Positions 50,233 through 60,685 are shown, numbered from the stretch's first letter. The stretch is DNA of 64,000 bases from Cyanobacteria bacterium P01_F01_bin.150 (GCA_039189765.1 JBCCYL010000008.1:73697-137696); one strand, 5' to 3'. Notes: a model not told the origin generated them from the letters alone. Numbers and translations: made by a program.

Positions 50233-51261
50233 TTAATGGACTTGATCAATGGGTTTACCATGGCGGCTACCATACAGGTGGGTATATGCATAGGTTAAAG
50301 CATTACCCATAAAAAAGATTTGGCAAGTGAGGTAGATCCAAAACATCAGCACCATGACACCACCAATGACACCATAGGACTTAAATCGACTACCAATACT
50401 AATAATGCTGTTACTCACCAAATGCTGAAATATGATAAACAGAGCAACAGTCAGAATAGAACCTGGAAGAACATCCCGCCAAGTAATATTGGTGGAAGGG
50501 AGGACTTTGAATAAGATCATCACAACCACCATAAACATCAAAATGGTGACTCCAAACTGAAGACCGCTAATTAAACCCAGATCATCAATTTGAATAAAGC
50601 TGATTCTATTATCAACATTCTGAAGCAGCTTATCCAGAACGCCAACAACAATCTTAGATAGAAACGAAATAATAATTAGAACTACAGTGCCTAAAACTAG
50701 GGCAAAAGCCAGAATCTTATTGAACACAAACTGCAAAATAGCAGACACAAAATTCTGTTTGCCTTGGCGTTGCTTATGCAGTTGCCAAATCTTTTGAACG
50801 GCTCGATCTAATGCAGCAAAGACGTTACTTGCCGAGAAAAAGAGAATAATAAAACCGATGATGCTAGCACTAGTACTGTCGTCCTGAAGCTGATTCAACG
50901 TACCAGCAACGATATTATAAGCCTCATCGGAAGGAAGATATTGCCCAACAATATCTAAAAGTGACGACAGATTTAGGCTAGAGGTACAGTATGTCTCCAA
51001 AGACTGATCCACCTGTGCAAATGAAAACGCAAGCAGATTCTGTAGAGGCTCGTAACAGATAATTCTTGGGGCAACCTTAGCAAGCAAACTCCAAATCACC
51101 AGAAAAATCGGGAATAAAGAGAATAGAGCATAGTATGAGAGAGAAGCTCCCATTTCTAAACACTCAGCCTGTTGCCATCGCATGAATGTATGCACGAAAA
51201 GCTGGATAAAGCGCGATCGCAGCAAATCGTGCAAGAGCGGTGGAATTTTTCGGGGTTTCAT
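50233..51261 (-). CDS. YihY/virulence factor BrkB family membrane protein
   Basis: GASLSYYALFSLFP; FKVLP...WRDVLPG; YGVIGGVMVLMFWIY. Confidence 0.9.
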   Translation of the reverse strand: MKPRKIPPLLHDLLRSRFIQLFVHTFMRWQQAECLEMGASLSYYALFSLFPIFLVIWSLLAKVAPRIICYEPLQNLLAFSFAQVDQSLETYCTSSLNLSSLLDIVGQYLPSDEAYNIVAGTLNQLQDDSTSASIIGFIILFFSASNVFAALDRAVQKIWQLHKQRQGKQNFVSAILQFVFNKILAFALVLGTVVLIIISFLSKIVVGVLDKLLQNVDNRISFIQIDDLGLISGLQFGVTILMFMVVVMILFKVLPSTNITWRDVLPGSILTVALFIIFQHLVSNSIISIGSRFKSYGVIGGVMVLMFWIYLTCQIFFMGNALTYAYTHLYGSRHGKPIDQVH

Positions 51262-51456
51262 GACAAGGGAAACAGGAATGCATAAATAGATTGAAACGCA
51301 AGAAATTGTAACATAACGCTTTCCCCGAATACCCACCGAACGTTAACTGCTCTGCGGCAGATGCTACCGCATTAATTTCAGCTTGAGAAACGCCAGCTTC
51401 TCCCATTTGAGAGGCTACGCTGCATACACGTTTCTGGTTTGGATACACATCCTCCG

Positions 51457-52233
51457 TTATGAAACAGCAATAGACATGTTGATGGCATCACAGCACTGAT
51501 TCACAGGTGGTTGAACCACTTGAGTATCGAGATTATGCCGAGCCAAGGTAGCACGAAATTCCTCGACACTGCCTTCCTGGCTCAGTAAAGAATCTAAAAA
51601 ACCGCTGTAGGATACATCCCCTCCAACTGCCGTAGGCAGAAAAAGCTGGGGCGTTAGCTGCTTTGCCAACTTTAAAGCCGTTTCATTACCTTTAATAATG
51701 GCTCCCGCTAGGGGCAAGGCCAAATTTACCACAGGGCTAATCACCGTATTGACGGCATCAATCTTGTCAAGGTTAGCGGGAGGAAACCCATGGGGTTCAT
51801 AATAGACGCGATATTGAGTCTTGATATCGGTGATCAAATAACCATTTTCAACCTGTAGACCAATAGGAGCACCGGAAAGAGCCTGAATCATCAAAGAGTC
51901 AACAATAGTAATAAACTCGCCAGGCGCTAAGGATGTGACATTGAAGTAGCCCAAGGATTTCACCACCTTTACGGCAGCAGGAGACGCCACAACTGGAATG
52001 GTTTTATCGAGTTTTTCAAGAGTAGGCTGATGGGCGTGATCTTCTAAGCCTTGAGATAGAACAATTAAGTCAATATTCTCAGGCAGTGACTCCAAAGGTT
52101 GGGCGCGATCGCCTTTAAATAACCAAGGGCTATTAGCAAAGACTAAAGACTCGACAAGCCAGGGATCAATTAAAATACGCTGTCCGCCCAATTCCAGTAA
52201 CCAACTGTTGGCTCCATAGTAGGTATAGTGCAT
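51457..52233 (-). CDS. MBL-fold metallo-hydrolase
   Basis: ILIDPWL, SQGLEDHAH, YYEPHG. Confidence 0.85.
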   Translation of the reverse strand: MHYTYYGANSWLLELGGQRILIDPWLVESLVFANSPWLFKGDRAQPLESLPENIDLIVLSQGLEDHAHQPTLEKLDKTIPVVASPAAVKVVKSLGYFNVTSLAPGEFITIVDSLMIQALSGAPIGLQVENGYLITDIKTQYRVYYEPHGFPPANLDKIDAVNTVISPVVNLALPLAGAIIKGNETALKLAKQLTPQLFLPTAVGGDVSYSGFLDSLLSQEGSVEEFRATLARHNLDTQVVQPPVNQCCDAINMSIAVS

Positions 52234-52321
52234 GCTGGTTTCTTCCCTTCCAATCCAATAATGAACAGTTAAAGTAACTTCAACAAATAATCAAACATAT
52301 TTATTTATCTTAACGAAAAAT

Positions 52322-52400
52322 AGTTGCCATTTTAATGCAGAACAGATTCAACAGTGTTGTGGGTGCTCGCGCCCACAACACCCGTCTAAAGTTAGTCCCT
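52322..52400 (-). repeat. ~80-bp MITE-like element
   Basis: GTGTTGTGGG/CCCACAACAC hairpin, CGTCTAAAGTTAGTCCC end; flanks CGAAAAAT / CAAAAAAT. Confidence 0.7.
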
Positions 52401-52664
52401 CAAAAAATGACAAACGATTCAATCCTCATTCTTGAACGGGCAGAGGAACTACAGGGCTTGTGTATCGACAAATCCATCGAAAATGACTTACCCTAACTCT
52501 TATCTAGACAATTTTGGATTCAATTAATCCTTTGAGAGATTTCACGGTTTACTAACCGTAAAGTTTGGGTTCTTTATAATCTTTCTGGGTACCATAGGGG
52601 TGAAAATTGAAGCAACTGTTATTCCTCCCACAGCACTCATTATCTTTAGTCAAAGTTAATCTTC

Positions 52665-53348
52665 ATGCAAACTGAAGCATTTAAAGAGCTTTTTCCTCTA
52701 TTTAACTCTGCCAGTCCCGACACTTTGGCAGCTCTCAACAATGTTGTTGTTGAACATGAATATCCCACGAATCGAGCCGTCCTAATGGAAGACTCTTGGG
52801 GAAATGCTGTTTACTTTATTGCTTCAGGCTGGGTTAAAGTGCGTCGCCATTCCGGTGATAATGTCTTCACCCTTGCAATTCTAGGCAAAGGGGATTTCTT
52901 TGGCGAAATGGCCATCCTAGACGAGTCACCCCGCTCTACTGATGTGATTGCCCTATCCCCAGTCAAGCTGTTCAGTATTTCAGCCCAACAGTTTATCCAA
53001 ACGCTCTTTCAAGACTCTCAGCTCCACCATCGCATGCTACAACTTATGGTGAAACGTCTACGCCAGACAAATCTACGATTTCAGCTAACCCGTCAACCAT
53101 CAGCGATTAAGTTAGCTCACACCTTAGTAGCACTGGCGCAGCAATATGGTGAACCCAGTGAAACAGGCCGAAAGCTCCTGAATATTCCTGAAGAGGATTT
53201 AGCTAATATCGCCGATATCAGCGCCGATGATACCCACAAAATCATGGAGAAGCTGGTCAGTAAAGAGTGGATTCAAATCGATGAAACAACCCAAATCCTC
53301 CATTTAAAAAACGAACGTCAACTGATTCAGCTATCGCAAAGACGCTAG
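52665..53348 (+). CDS. Crp/Fnr family transcriptional regulator
   Basis: GDFFGEMAILDESPRSTDV cNMP domain plus C-terminal HTH. Confidence 0.9.
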   Translation: MQTEAFKELFPLFNSASPDTLAALNNVVVEHEYPTNRAVLMEDSWGNAVYFIASGWVKVRRHSGDNVFTLAILGKGDFFGEMAILDESPRSTDVIALSPVKLFSISAQQFIQTLFQDSQLHHRMLQLMVKRLRQTNLRFQLTRQPSAIKLAHTLVALAQQYGEPSETGRKLLNIPEEDLANIADISADDTHKIMEKLVSKEWIQIDETTQILHLKNERQLIQLSQRR

Positions 53349-53490
53349 ATATCAATAAACGTAATGCATTCCGAAGAATAAGCTTAAGGATCTTTAGGTT
53401 TTTCTAAAGTCCGTGCTAGGCTCCAAATTAACCAGAGGTCTAAAGCAAACATTATGCTTCAGATCCATACTTTTCATCGGGAGGATTTTC

Positions 53491-53976
53491 ATGGTTTTAA
53501 AGACTCCACCACCTCCATCTATCTCACCTCGGCAAATGAATGTTCTCCGCATTGCCACATCCATGGCTTGGTGTGATGGTGAACTATCAGCCGAAGAATC
53601 AGATGTCATGCTGGAGCGACTGAGCAGAATATTTGAATCGGATCAAGTTCAACAAGCGAATTTACAAGCAGAACTCCAATCCTATCTCACCCAAAATATT
53701 CCGATTACAGAATTAGTGCCAAAGCTCCAAACCCAAGCAGAGAAAGAGCTGGTGTTAAGGCTAGGTTATGAAGTGATTCGAGCCAGTGCACGATCCCCAG
53801 AGGAAGATGTTGTCAATAATGACGAGACGGTTGCATATAGCCACCTTAAACGTCTTTTAGATTTACCCCATGGCGATATTCAGCGAATCGAAGCAGAAGT
53901 AGAAGCTAATCAACCCCCCTCTGAGGCAATTCTTGATACGTTAATGCGTGAGTTAAGGACATTTGCTTCCAAATAG
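53491..53976 (+). CDS. TerB family protein
   Basis: LRIATSMAWCDGELSAEE. Confidence 0.8.
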   Translation: MVLKTPPPPSISPRQMNVLRIATSMAWCDGELSAEESDVMLERLSRIFESDQVQQANLQAELQSYLTQNIPITELVPKLQTQAEKELVLRLGYEVIRASARSPEEDVVNNDETVAYSHLKRLLDLPHGDIQRIEAEVEANQPPSEAILDTLMRELRTFASK

Positions 53977-54024
53977 CACGTCTTAGCCTCAACAAGTGCG
54001 GTGATAGGGCTAAGAAGCGTAACT

Positions 54025-54813
54025 TTACGTGCACTCAAGGACAGCAGCCATAATCGCGATCGCTCCCAATGGAGCCGTCACGGCTCTCAAAACCCTGGGT
54101 CCCAAGGAAATAGGCTGATATCCCAGGGCGATTGCCGCTTGCACCTCTGATGGCGTCCATCCCCCTTCTGGTCCCACAGCAACGGTAATAGTTTTATGGG
54201 ACTCTTGTAACATAGAGTCCATTTTTTTTGGGGTACTCGTTGTAGCCATCAACTCAAGCATTGCCGCTAGTAAATGCGGCGGCGCATCCATATTTTCATC
54301 CGATCGGGCCACACAAATCCACTTACAGGTCTGACTATCCGCTTCATTTTTATTGGCCGATCTCAATGCATCCCCAACCCTCATTGGCTCAGCAATCGTT
54401 GGTACCCACTGCCGCTCACATTGTTCCATCGATTCTTGGGCAATTCGTCGCCAACGATCCACCTTTTTAGGACTCGGTTTAAGAATGGTGCGATCGCTCA
54501 ACACTGGCCACAGGGCCGAAAGCCCTAACTCTGTAGACTGGCGAACGATTTCATCCATTCCCGTTTTGGGCATTGCCATTATCAATTGAATCGGAATCGA
54601 TAGTTCGGTATGACATTGCCACGGTTCCAAAATATCGGCATACGCCCTTTCTTTCGATAAAACAGCTACCCATCCCTGACCCTGGCCATTTAAGGAAATA
54701 AAGCGATCGCCTTCCCCCAACCGCAGAACTCTCCTCAAATAATGAATTTGCGATTCATTAAGTTGAATAACGTTTTGTTGAATCTGTATGGGATCAATAG
54801 TCACCCGTTGCAT
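54025..54813 (-). CDS. rsmE: 16S rRNA m3U1498 methyltransferase
   Basis: HYLRRVLRL, STELG, EQCER, VGPEGGWT, SLGPRVLRAVTA. Confidence 0.93.
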   Translation of the reverse strand: MQRVTIDPIQIQQNVIQLNESQIHYLRRVLRLGEGDRFISLNGQGQGWVAVLSKERAYADILEPWQCHTELSIPIQLIMAMPKTGMDEIVRQSTELGLSALWPVLSDRTILKPSPKKVDRWRRIAQESMEQCERQWVPTIAEPMRVGDALRSANKNEADSQTCKWICVARSDENMDAPPHLLAAMLELMATTSTPKKMDSMLQESHKTITVAVGPEGGWTPSEVQAAIALGYQPISLGPRVLRAVTAPLGAIAIMAAVLECT

Positions 54814-55089
54814 CGCATTTGATTTCATCCTAATCAGAGATATCAATCCTTATTACTTATATCGATCATCCTTATGCCCAATAAGCAACACTTGCAATTG
54901 GTGGGGCAGTGTTCTACGGTCTAGTATGGTTTGATAAAGCGTAAACTTAATTTTTGTTTACAGCTATTGACTTTTTTGATCTCTCACACCCTTCAATCTT
55001 TCCTAGTAGTGGACATCCACTACTGAATGTACGGGGTTTGAGGTACGGCCCATTCAGTAATTCTATTTAATAGGCTTTCAGGTGTCACT

Positions 55090-55542
55090 ATGGAATCCAA
55101 AACAACGCAGGACTTTAGCTCTACTTCCACCCCTAACTCTGGTGTGATTACAAAAATGTCTTCCTCTGAAGAAGAGAGTACGACCTTTGAAGATTTGCAA
55201 AAAACCAGCCAACAAATTCAGACTTTCATTGCCGATTTCTCTGGATTTGCTGGCACATTTTGGACTGAAAACAAGGCTCTCATTACTGCCATCGGATTTT
55301 CCGTAGGGCTGATCGTTTTACTTAAGATTTTGCTTGCTGTTTTGGGAGCTATCAACGATCTTCCCTTACTCGCTCCAACCTTCGAGTTTATTGGAATACT
55401 TTATGTTGGCTGGTTTACCTTCCGCTATCTGCTGAACAGTAAGAGCCGTCAAGAGCTGGGAGACAATATTAACGCAGTCAAGAGTCAAGTTTTGGGCAGC
55501 AGCGAAACCGTATTAGAGCGTCTATCTTCTGACGATGACTAA
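55090..55542 (+). CDS. CAAD domain (CurT-like) membrane protein
   Basis: AVLGAINDLPLLAPTFEFIGILYVGWFTFRYLL...RQEL. Confidence 0.88.
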   Translation: MESKTTQDFSSTSTPNSGVITKMSSSEEESTTFEDLQKTSQQIQTFIADFSGFAGTFWTENKALITAIGFSVGLIVLLKILLAVLGAINDLPLLAPTFEFIGILYVGWFTFRYLLNSKSRQELGDNINAVKSQVLGSSETVLERLSSDDD

Positions 55543-55710
55543 TATGGAATAGCATACTACTAGTCTATTAGCATGCGTCACAGGATATAGACTAGTTGAT
55601 GGGTCCTTCATAATTTAAGCAGAATCCTAATCATTATTTGCCTTCATTGGACAAGACAAAGATGACCAAGATTCTATCAAGTGAGGTGTTGTGGTAATTC
55701 CACAGCACCA

Positions 55711-57912
55711 TTATTTTTGTGAGGAACGACCCAAATCAGGAAAATCACAAGGCAAAGCAATCGGACGAGGTTTTGGAACAATGCCTGTTCCCGTTTCGCG
55801 CACGCTGTTCATAAAACATCCGTATTGATACTTCACATCATCTAACTGCGAGAAGATGGTGTGAGGGTCCGCTAGACCATCGCCTTCATATTGCACGACT
55901 ACACCAGTGTAGGCCTGGCCTTTCTGATTTTTAAGATTTTGACTCACGGGGTACGAAATCACGCCATCGAGTCCATCAAGGGCAAGGGATTCCTGCATAC
56001 TAGACCATAGTGCAGGCCCTGCCTGCTGCACTCCAGTGGCAAGGGCCATTGCGTCAAAAATAGCTTCCGGAAAAGCCGTGTCTCCCTGACCAACGGGTTG
56101 ATAAACCGATCGCACAGGGTGATTCGGTAACGGATTCTTGGCAATACGAGGCGCATAAACCATTGCCTCTGCGGCCTCCCAAGAACTCTGCATCAAGCGC
56201 AAAGGCGGATAGAGATGATCAATGCGATCGCGTTTTTTAATCGTATTCACCAACAGATCGGCAATAGACGTAAATTCCGAATCATTGGAATTAGCCAGTT
56301 CCTCAAATAGCAACGACCACATTCCTCCAGATCCGGTAGGAACCACCGCTTTAACCTTGGGTTCTACCGCTCCCATCATCACCGCATATTGAGCCCCTTG
56401 GGATTGTCCCAGCGCCACGGTAAAGTCCGTGTTAATTCGAAAGAAAGTCTCGCCCTCGGGTAATTTGGGTCCGGTACAATCTCCCAACTGATCAGGGCGA
56501 ATCAGCAGATTCTGTAAGCTTTCCAGAATCAATCGCTGCTCTATCACGCCCTGGCGAAACGTGTCGCGATACGCGGACGGGTTAGTGGGGTTTAGATAAG
56601 CCCGACCGTTCAACAGATCAGACACAGACTCCAATACTCGCTCAGGATTGACCGGAAGGGCACTACCCACCGCCGCAAATCCCAGCCGACCCACAACATC
56701 AGCAGGACCGCGCCCAGGAATTCGCTTGCCCCCTTTTTCCCGCACTGGCCCACGACTGACCACCTGATCGCTCAATCCTCCAGAGCCATGATAGTACTGC
56801 ACCAAAGGATATCCACCTGGGGGCATCTTAGCTTTAGGCAAAGTCACCACAATAGGAATCGTCTCATTACCCTGGGACTTCAAAGCGCCGACTGAATCAA
56901 ATTCAAACAATCCTTCGCGGCGCTCAAATGCCAGGAAAGGCGCTGGTCCTTTTTGGAAGTCCGGCAGCTTAATAGTTGCCTCAAATTTGCAGTACTTCAA
57001 GTCACTGACACGGGTTTCAGGCACATATTTCACATTGATGATGGGGCGATCGTACTTGGCCACAACCTCATCGGAAAGACGAGCCATATCCGCCACCACA
57101 TCCCCCGTCGTAAAGACAGTGGCAACAACGACGCCTCCACGATTAATGCCTAACTGGTCCAGCGTTTCCCATAGTGGTTTATACAGTAAATAGGCTTTAA
57201 ACTTATGCCTTAGCTCACCTTGGGGCACGCGCCCCTTTTTCAATTGCCGAAATGGGGTGGAACTTTGGAGGGGACGATCATTAGCATCCCGCAGCGATCG
57301 CCTCACCACATAGGCGTACTGATGATTTGGCTTCAGCACAATGCCTGGATAGGGGGCCACCGCTAACAGATAAGACGGCACATAATAGGGATCAGGGGCG
57401 GGCGTGGACGCCACAATCGGAATAATTTCGCCCCGGTCAGGAGAATCAGGGTCAATATCCAACAGCAGGATGGGAGCATCGGCGTCTCTATCAATCAACC
57501 GATCGGGATCTTGGGGTGATAGGGGTTGACTAAAACGAAAATAGGCCGCTGCGGTGGTTGGAAACGCAGGGCGATCGCTCGCGATCGTCTTAAAGCGCTT
57601 AAAAAAGCCAATCAGCTTTGGAAAGACCGGAAATCCTGACAGGTTGGGCTTACCATCCACCAATCGAATATCGGAGGGATAGGGAAAGTTGTAAAACTGA
57701 TCCGAATCATAGAAATTAGCATTGAGGTCAAAGGAGGCGATTGCCCTCTCTTCTACTACATCATCAGCACTCTCTTGCGCCCAAGCTGCTGTCTTGTGAC
57801 CGATTACATCTCCAAAGACAAAACCAATCATCAGGAGAAAGACAGTAGCAATCCTCCGTATGATGTTTAGCCATCGCTTCAATCTTGGGGTTCTGATGAC
57901 GACCATATTCAA
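55711..57912 (-). CDS. Secreted alpha/beta-hydrolase-fold protein
   Basis: Signal peptide ending AWA-Q; FPYPSD; YYHGSGG; GQSQG nucleophile; candidate Asp/His in GQGD and DPH. Confidence 0.7.
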   Translation of the reverse strand: MNMVVIRTPRLKRWLNIIRRIATVFLLMIGFVFGDVIGHKTAAWAQESADDVVEERAIASFDLNANFYDSDQFYNFPYPSDIRLVDGKPNLSGFPVFPKLIGFFKRFKTIASDRPAFPTTAAAYFRFSQPLSPQDPDRLIDRDADAPILLLDIDPDSPDRGEIIPIVASTPAPDPYYVPSYLLAVAPYPGIVLKPNHQYAYVVRRSLRDANDRPLQSSTPFRQLKKGRVPQGELRHKFKAYLLYKPLWETLDQLGINRGGVVVATVFTTGDVVADMARLSDEVVAKYDRPIINVKYVPETRVSDLKYCKFEATIKLPDFQKGPAPFLAFERREGLFEFDSVGALKSQGNETIPIVVTLPKAKMPPGGYPLVQYYHGSGGLSDQVVSRGPVREKGGKRIPGRGPADVVGRLGFAAVGSALPVNPERVLESVSDLLNGRAYLNPTNPSAYRDTFRQGVIEQRLILESLQNLLIRPDQLGDCTGPKLPEGETFFRINTDFTVALGQSQGAQYAVMMGAVEPKVKAVVPTGSGGMWSLLFEELANSNDSEFTSIADLLVNTIKKRDRIDHLYPPLRLMQSSWEAAEAMVYAPRIAKNPLPNHPVRSVYQPVGQGDTAFPEAIFDAMALATGVQQAGPALWSSMQESLALDGLDGVISYPVSQNLKNQKGQAYTGVVVQYEGDGLADPHTIFSQLDDVKYQYGCFMNSVRETGTGIVPKPRPIALPCDFPDLGRSSQK

Positions 57913-57931
57913 ATACCAATCCTTGCTGAAT

Positions 57932-58013
57932 CGATTTCGTTTGAAGGCAAAGCATTATTAACGTTAGTCTTGGACATGAAACGCCCAAGACTAACCACTC
58001 AAAGTTAATACCC
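57932..58013 (-). repeat. ~80-bp MITE-like element
   Basis: GTTAGTCTTGG/CCAAGACTAAC hairpin, AAAGTTAATACCC end; flanks TGCTGAAT / TGCTAAAT. Confidence 0.78.
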
Positions 58014-58103
58014 TGCTAAATGAAAGCGGCGATCGCTTTCCGATATTCTATGATCAGATCAGCGCTTACAAGAGGATCGCTAACATCAACAAATATTACA
58101 AAT

Positions 58104-58321
58104 ATGGCTGTAGAACAGTATCGACGTTGGATTCAAGACCTGTTGTTAGAGAGGGCAAACCGTATTTGGATATCAAAAATGGCAAAATTTGGATTCAGCA
58201 CGACGAGACTGAAATTGGCATTGCCACCCAGCTACTTGAATTAGGGGTACCAGCGGACGATATTGTCTTGGGCTTTCATTCACCTAATATGCGTCAGTAT
58301 ACGGAATTTGCGACCCATTAG
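58104..58321 (+). pseudogene. xisI: XisI family gene remnant (internal deletion plus frameshift)
   Basis: MAVEQYRRWIQDLL in one frame joined to LDIKNGKIWIQHDETEIGIATQLLELGVPADDIVLGFHSP in another; middle part absent. Confidence 0.75.
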
Positions 58322-58698
58322 TTTTTAAGCACCGTCTATCGCCACCTCCCACCTTGTAGAGTAAACTAACCATCACAGTTTTTTAGCCTCATCTAACGAT
58401 TCAAATGTCCGTAGTGTGGCACACCCTTCACTCAGACGATCAACACGAAGATTTGCCAACGCCCAACTGGAGATGGCAACACTCTCGGTTGCATAATACA
58501 GCGGCTCAACGAGCTGGATTAGATACTCAGCCTTGCCTTAGACTGCGACCTATCCCCTGTTTCTATGCAGCACGACCGTCTGCACACCGCTATAGAAACT
58601 GTAATGAAACGTAAACACCTTGAGATGTGCGGTTCGGAGCTTAGTGTACAATTCCTCTCGTTATCGAACATCCCATTACTTTAGGGGAGAATATTGGT

Positions 58699-60306
58699 AT
58701 GTCTCGCTCTAGCTTACTAGATTTCTTCAGACGTGCTGCTGCTATGAGTCGAATGTCCCGAAAATCCGGCATTCGTCTGGATGAACTAGTTGGTGAATTG
58801 GAAGATCGTCGTAGGCAGCAGCAGTTCAACATCTCTCGACGAAGCTTGTTAAAAGGAGGTCTAGCAGCTACAGGTTTTGCGAGTGCAACCCTGCTACACA
58901 AAGGACAAATGCCTGCAATTGCCCAAGAGGTTGACGCTAGCCCCGTTTTAGTGGTGGGGGCAGGTATTGCTGGTTTGACTGCCGCCTATCGGCTCCAGCA
59001 AGCAGGCGTTGCAGCAGACGTGGTTGAGGCGCGCAATCGGGTGGGTGGTCGGATACATAGCCGTGAAAATGCTCTGGGAACGGGGTATACCATCGAACTA
59101 GGGGGGGAGTGGATTGATACGGGCCATACTGCGATTCGTGGGCTGATTGAAGAGTTAGAATTTGAATTGACCGATCTGAAGCCACTGGAAGCGAACTTAA
59201 TTCCGAAGACATTTTTCTTTGAAGGTCGCCATATCTCAAGTCAAGAAATTTTGAGGGACTTTGGTTCAGTGGCGCAGAAAGTAGACGCTGACTATGCCTC
59301 AATTGAAGATTACGAAGACTACACGCAAGAGCATCCAGCCGCCACCGCCCTCGATCGCCTTTCAATTTCTGAGTATCTTGAGCAAATCCCGACCAGTTCC
59401 GCAGTTCGCAAACTACTCGAAACGTCTTACACCACCTTCTATGGTTTAGATGCGGAAGAGCAGCCGTCGTTGCACCTGATTTACACGCTCGGCACAACTA
59501 CGGATGAGTTATCCTTGTACGGCGAGTCTGACGAACGGTTCTATCTTCGGGGTGGCAATGCTCAAATTCCTCGTAGACTAGCCAACCGTTTGAAGCGCCC
59601 GGTTGAGTTAGAAACGATCCTGGAAGCTGTTTCCGAAACGGGAGATGGTCGTTATCGCGTGAGTTTGCGTTCCGGGCAATGTTCGCAAGAGCGAGTTTAT
59701 GATCACGTTTTGATTACATTGCCAATGCCCGTTCTTCGCAATGTTGACTTCAAGCTTGAGATGCCGCCCGTCAAGCGTTTGGGGATTGAAACAATGGGTT
59801 GGGGGACAAACAACAAGATGATTACAGCGTATCAGGAAAAAGTCTGGCGTAATCGCCATAACTCAACCGGAGAATCATACAGTGACCTCGGCTATCAAGA
59901 AACGCGTGAGTGCAGTGTGACCCGTGGGCAGGAAGGGACAAGTCTTTTCCTGAATTACCTGGGGGGTAAGCACGGTCTTGAGTTTGAGTTTACGCCGTCT
60001 AAGCAAGCGGTTGAACAGACAACAGAACAAGTCGATCGCGTTTACCCAGGATTTAAGCAAGCACAAATTTCACAGCAAGTGGTGCGAAGTGGGTGGAGAG
60101 GCGATCGCTTTAGCCGTGGTTCTTATTCCTGTTACAAAGTTGGACAATTCACCCAGCTCTATGGTTCAGAAGGTGAGCGGGTTGGCAACATTTTCTTTGC
60201 TGGAGAACACACGTCTGCCGAATACCAAGGCTATATGAATGGAGGCTGTGAAACGGGTGAGCGAGCAGCCCAAGAAATTCTGCAAACGATGAAGTTGTTT
60301 AGTTGA
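58699..60306 (+). CDS. Flavin monoamine oxidase family protein with internal Tat-like motif
   Basis: SRRSLLK; VVGAGIAGL, EARNRVGGR, ELGGEWI, GSYS, FAGEHT, GYMNGG. Confidence 0.9.
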   Translation: MSRSSLLDFFRRAAAMSRMSRKSGIRLDELVGELEDRRRQQQFNISRRSLLKGGLAATGFASATLLHKGQMPAIAQEVDASPVLVVGAGIAGLTAAYRLQQAGVAADVVEARNRVGGRIHSRENALGTGYTIELGGEWIDTGHTAIRGLIEELEFELTDLKPLEANLIPKTFFFEGRHISSQEILRDFGSVAQKVDADYASIEDYEDYTQEHPAATALDRLSISEYLEQIPTSSAVRKLLETSYTTFYGLDAEEQPSLHLIYTLGTTTDELSLYGESDERFYLRGGNAQIPRRLANRLKRPVELETILEAVSETGDGRYRVSLRSGQCSQERVYDHVLITLPMPVLRNVDFKLEMPPVKRLGIETMGWGTNNKMITAYQEKVWRNRHNSTGESYSDLGYQETRECSVTRGQEGTSLFLNYLGGKHGLEFEFTPSKQAVEQTTEQVDRVYPGFKQAQISQQVVRSGWRGDRFSRGSYSCYKVGQFTQLYGSEGERVGNIFFAGEHTSAEYQGYMNGGCETGERAAQEILQTMKLFS

Positions 60307-60319
60307 TAGATTTTGTCGC

Positions 60320-60685
60320 TTTTTTTCCGGCTCTGAATTTAACGTTGATGCAGCATTAGACCTCAACGGATACTGTGACTTTATTTTGACCGCATCACCA
60401 GACCTCTATGAAATTCGGCGTCCGGTCATGACCCTAGTGGAAGCTAAAAATGAAAATATTAAAGGCGGTCTGCCCCAGTGTATGGCTGAAATGATTTCAG
60501 CTCAACGCTTTAACCAGCAGGCAAATATCTATCAACCCATCTACGGTTCGGTGACCACCGATATGATTTGGCAGTTATTGCGTCTAGAAGGCGATCGCAT
60601 TTCCCTAGATCTCAGAGAATACTATATTCGCGATACGGCAAAGCTTTTGGGAATTCTAGCCCATCCATTCAACACAGAATCATAA
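60320..60685 (+). pseudogene. 5'-truncated PD-(D/E)XK nuclease-like cyanobacterial gene
   Basis: Frame extends upstream of the TTG as FFSGSEFNVDAALDLNGYCDFIL...VEAKNENIKGGLPQC; no room for an N-terminus after the oxidase stop. Confidence 0.6.

Noticed and set aside
49927..50236. Small ORFs 49927-50127 and 50051-50236
   Set aside because: 50051-50236 could be a small membrane peptide, but I have no homology or RBS support.
58330..58620. ORF 58405-58614 and a ~54-codon open stretch on the minus strand
   Set aside because: No recognisable family; probably intergenic sequence or gene debris.
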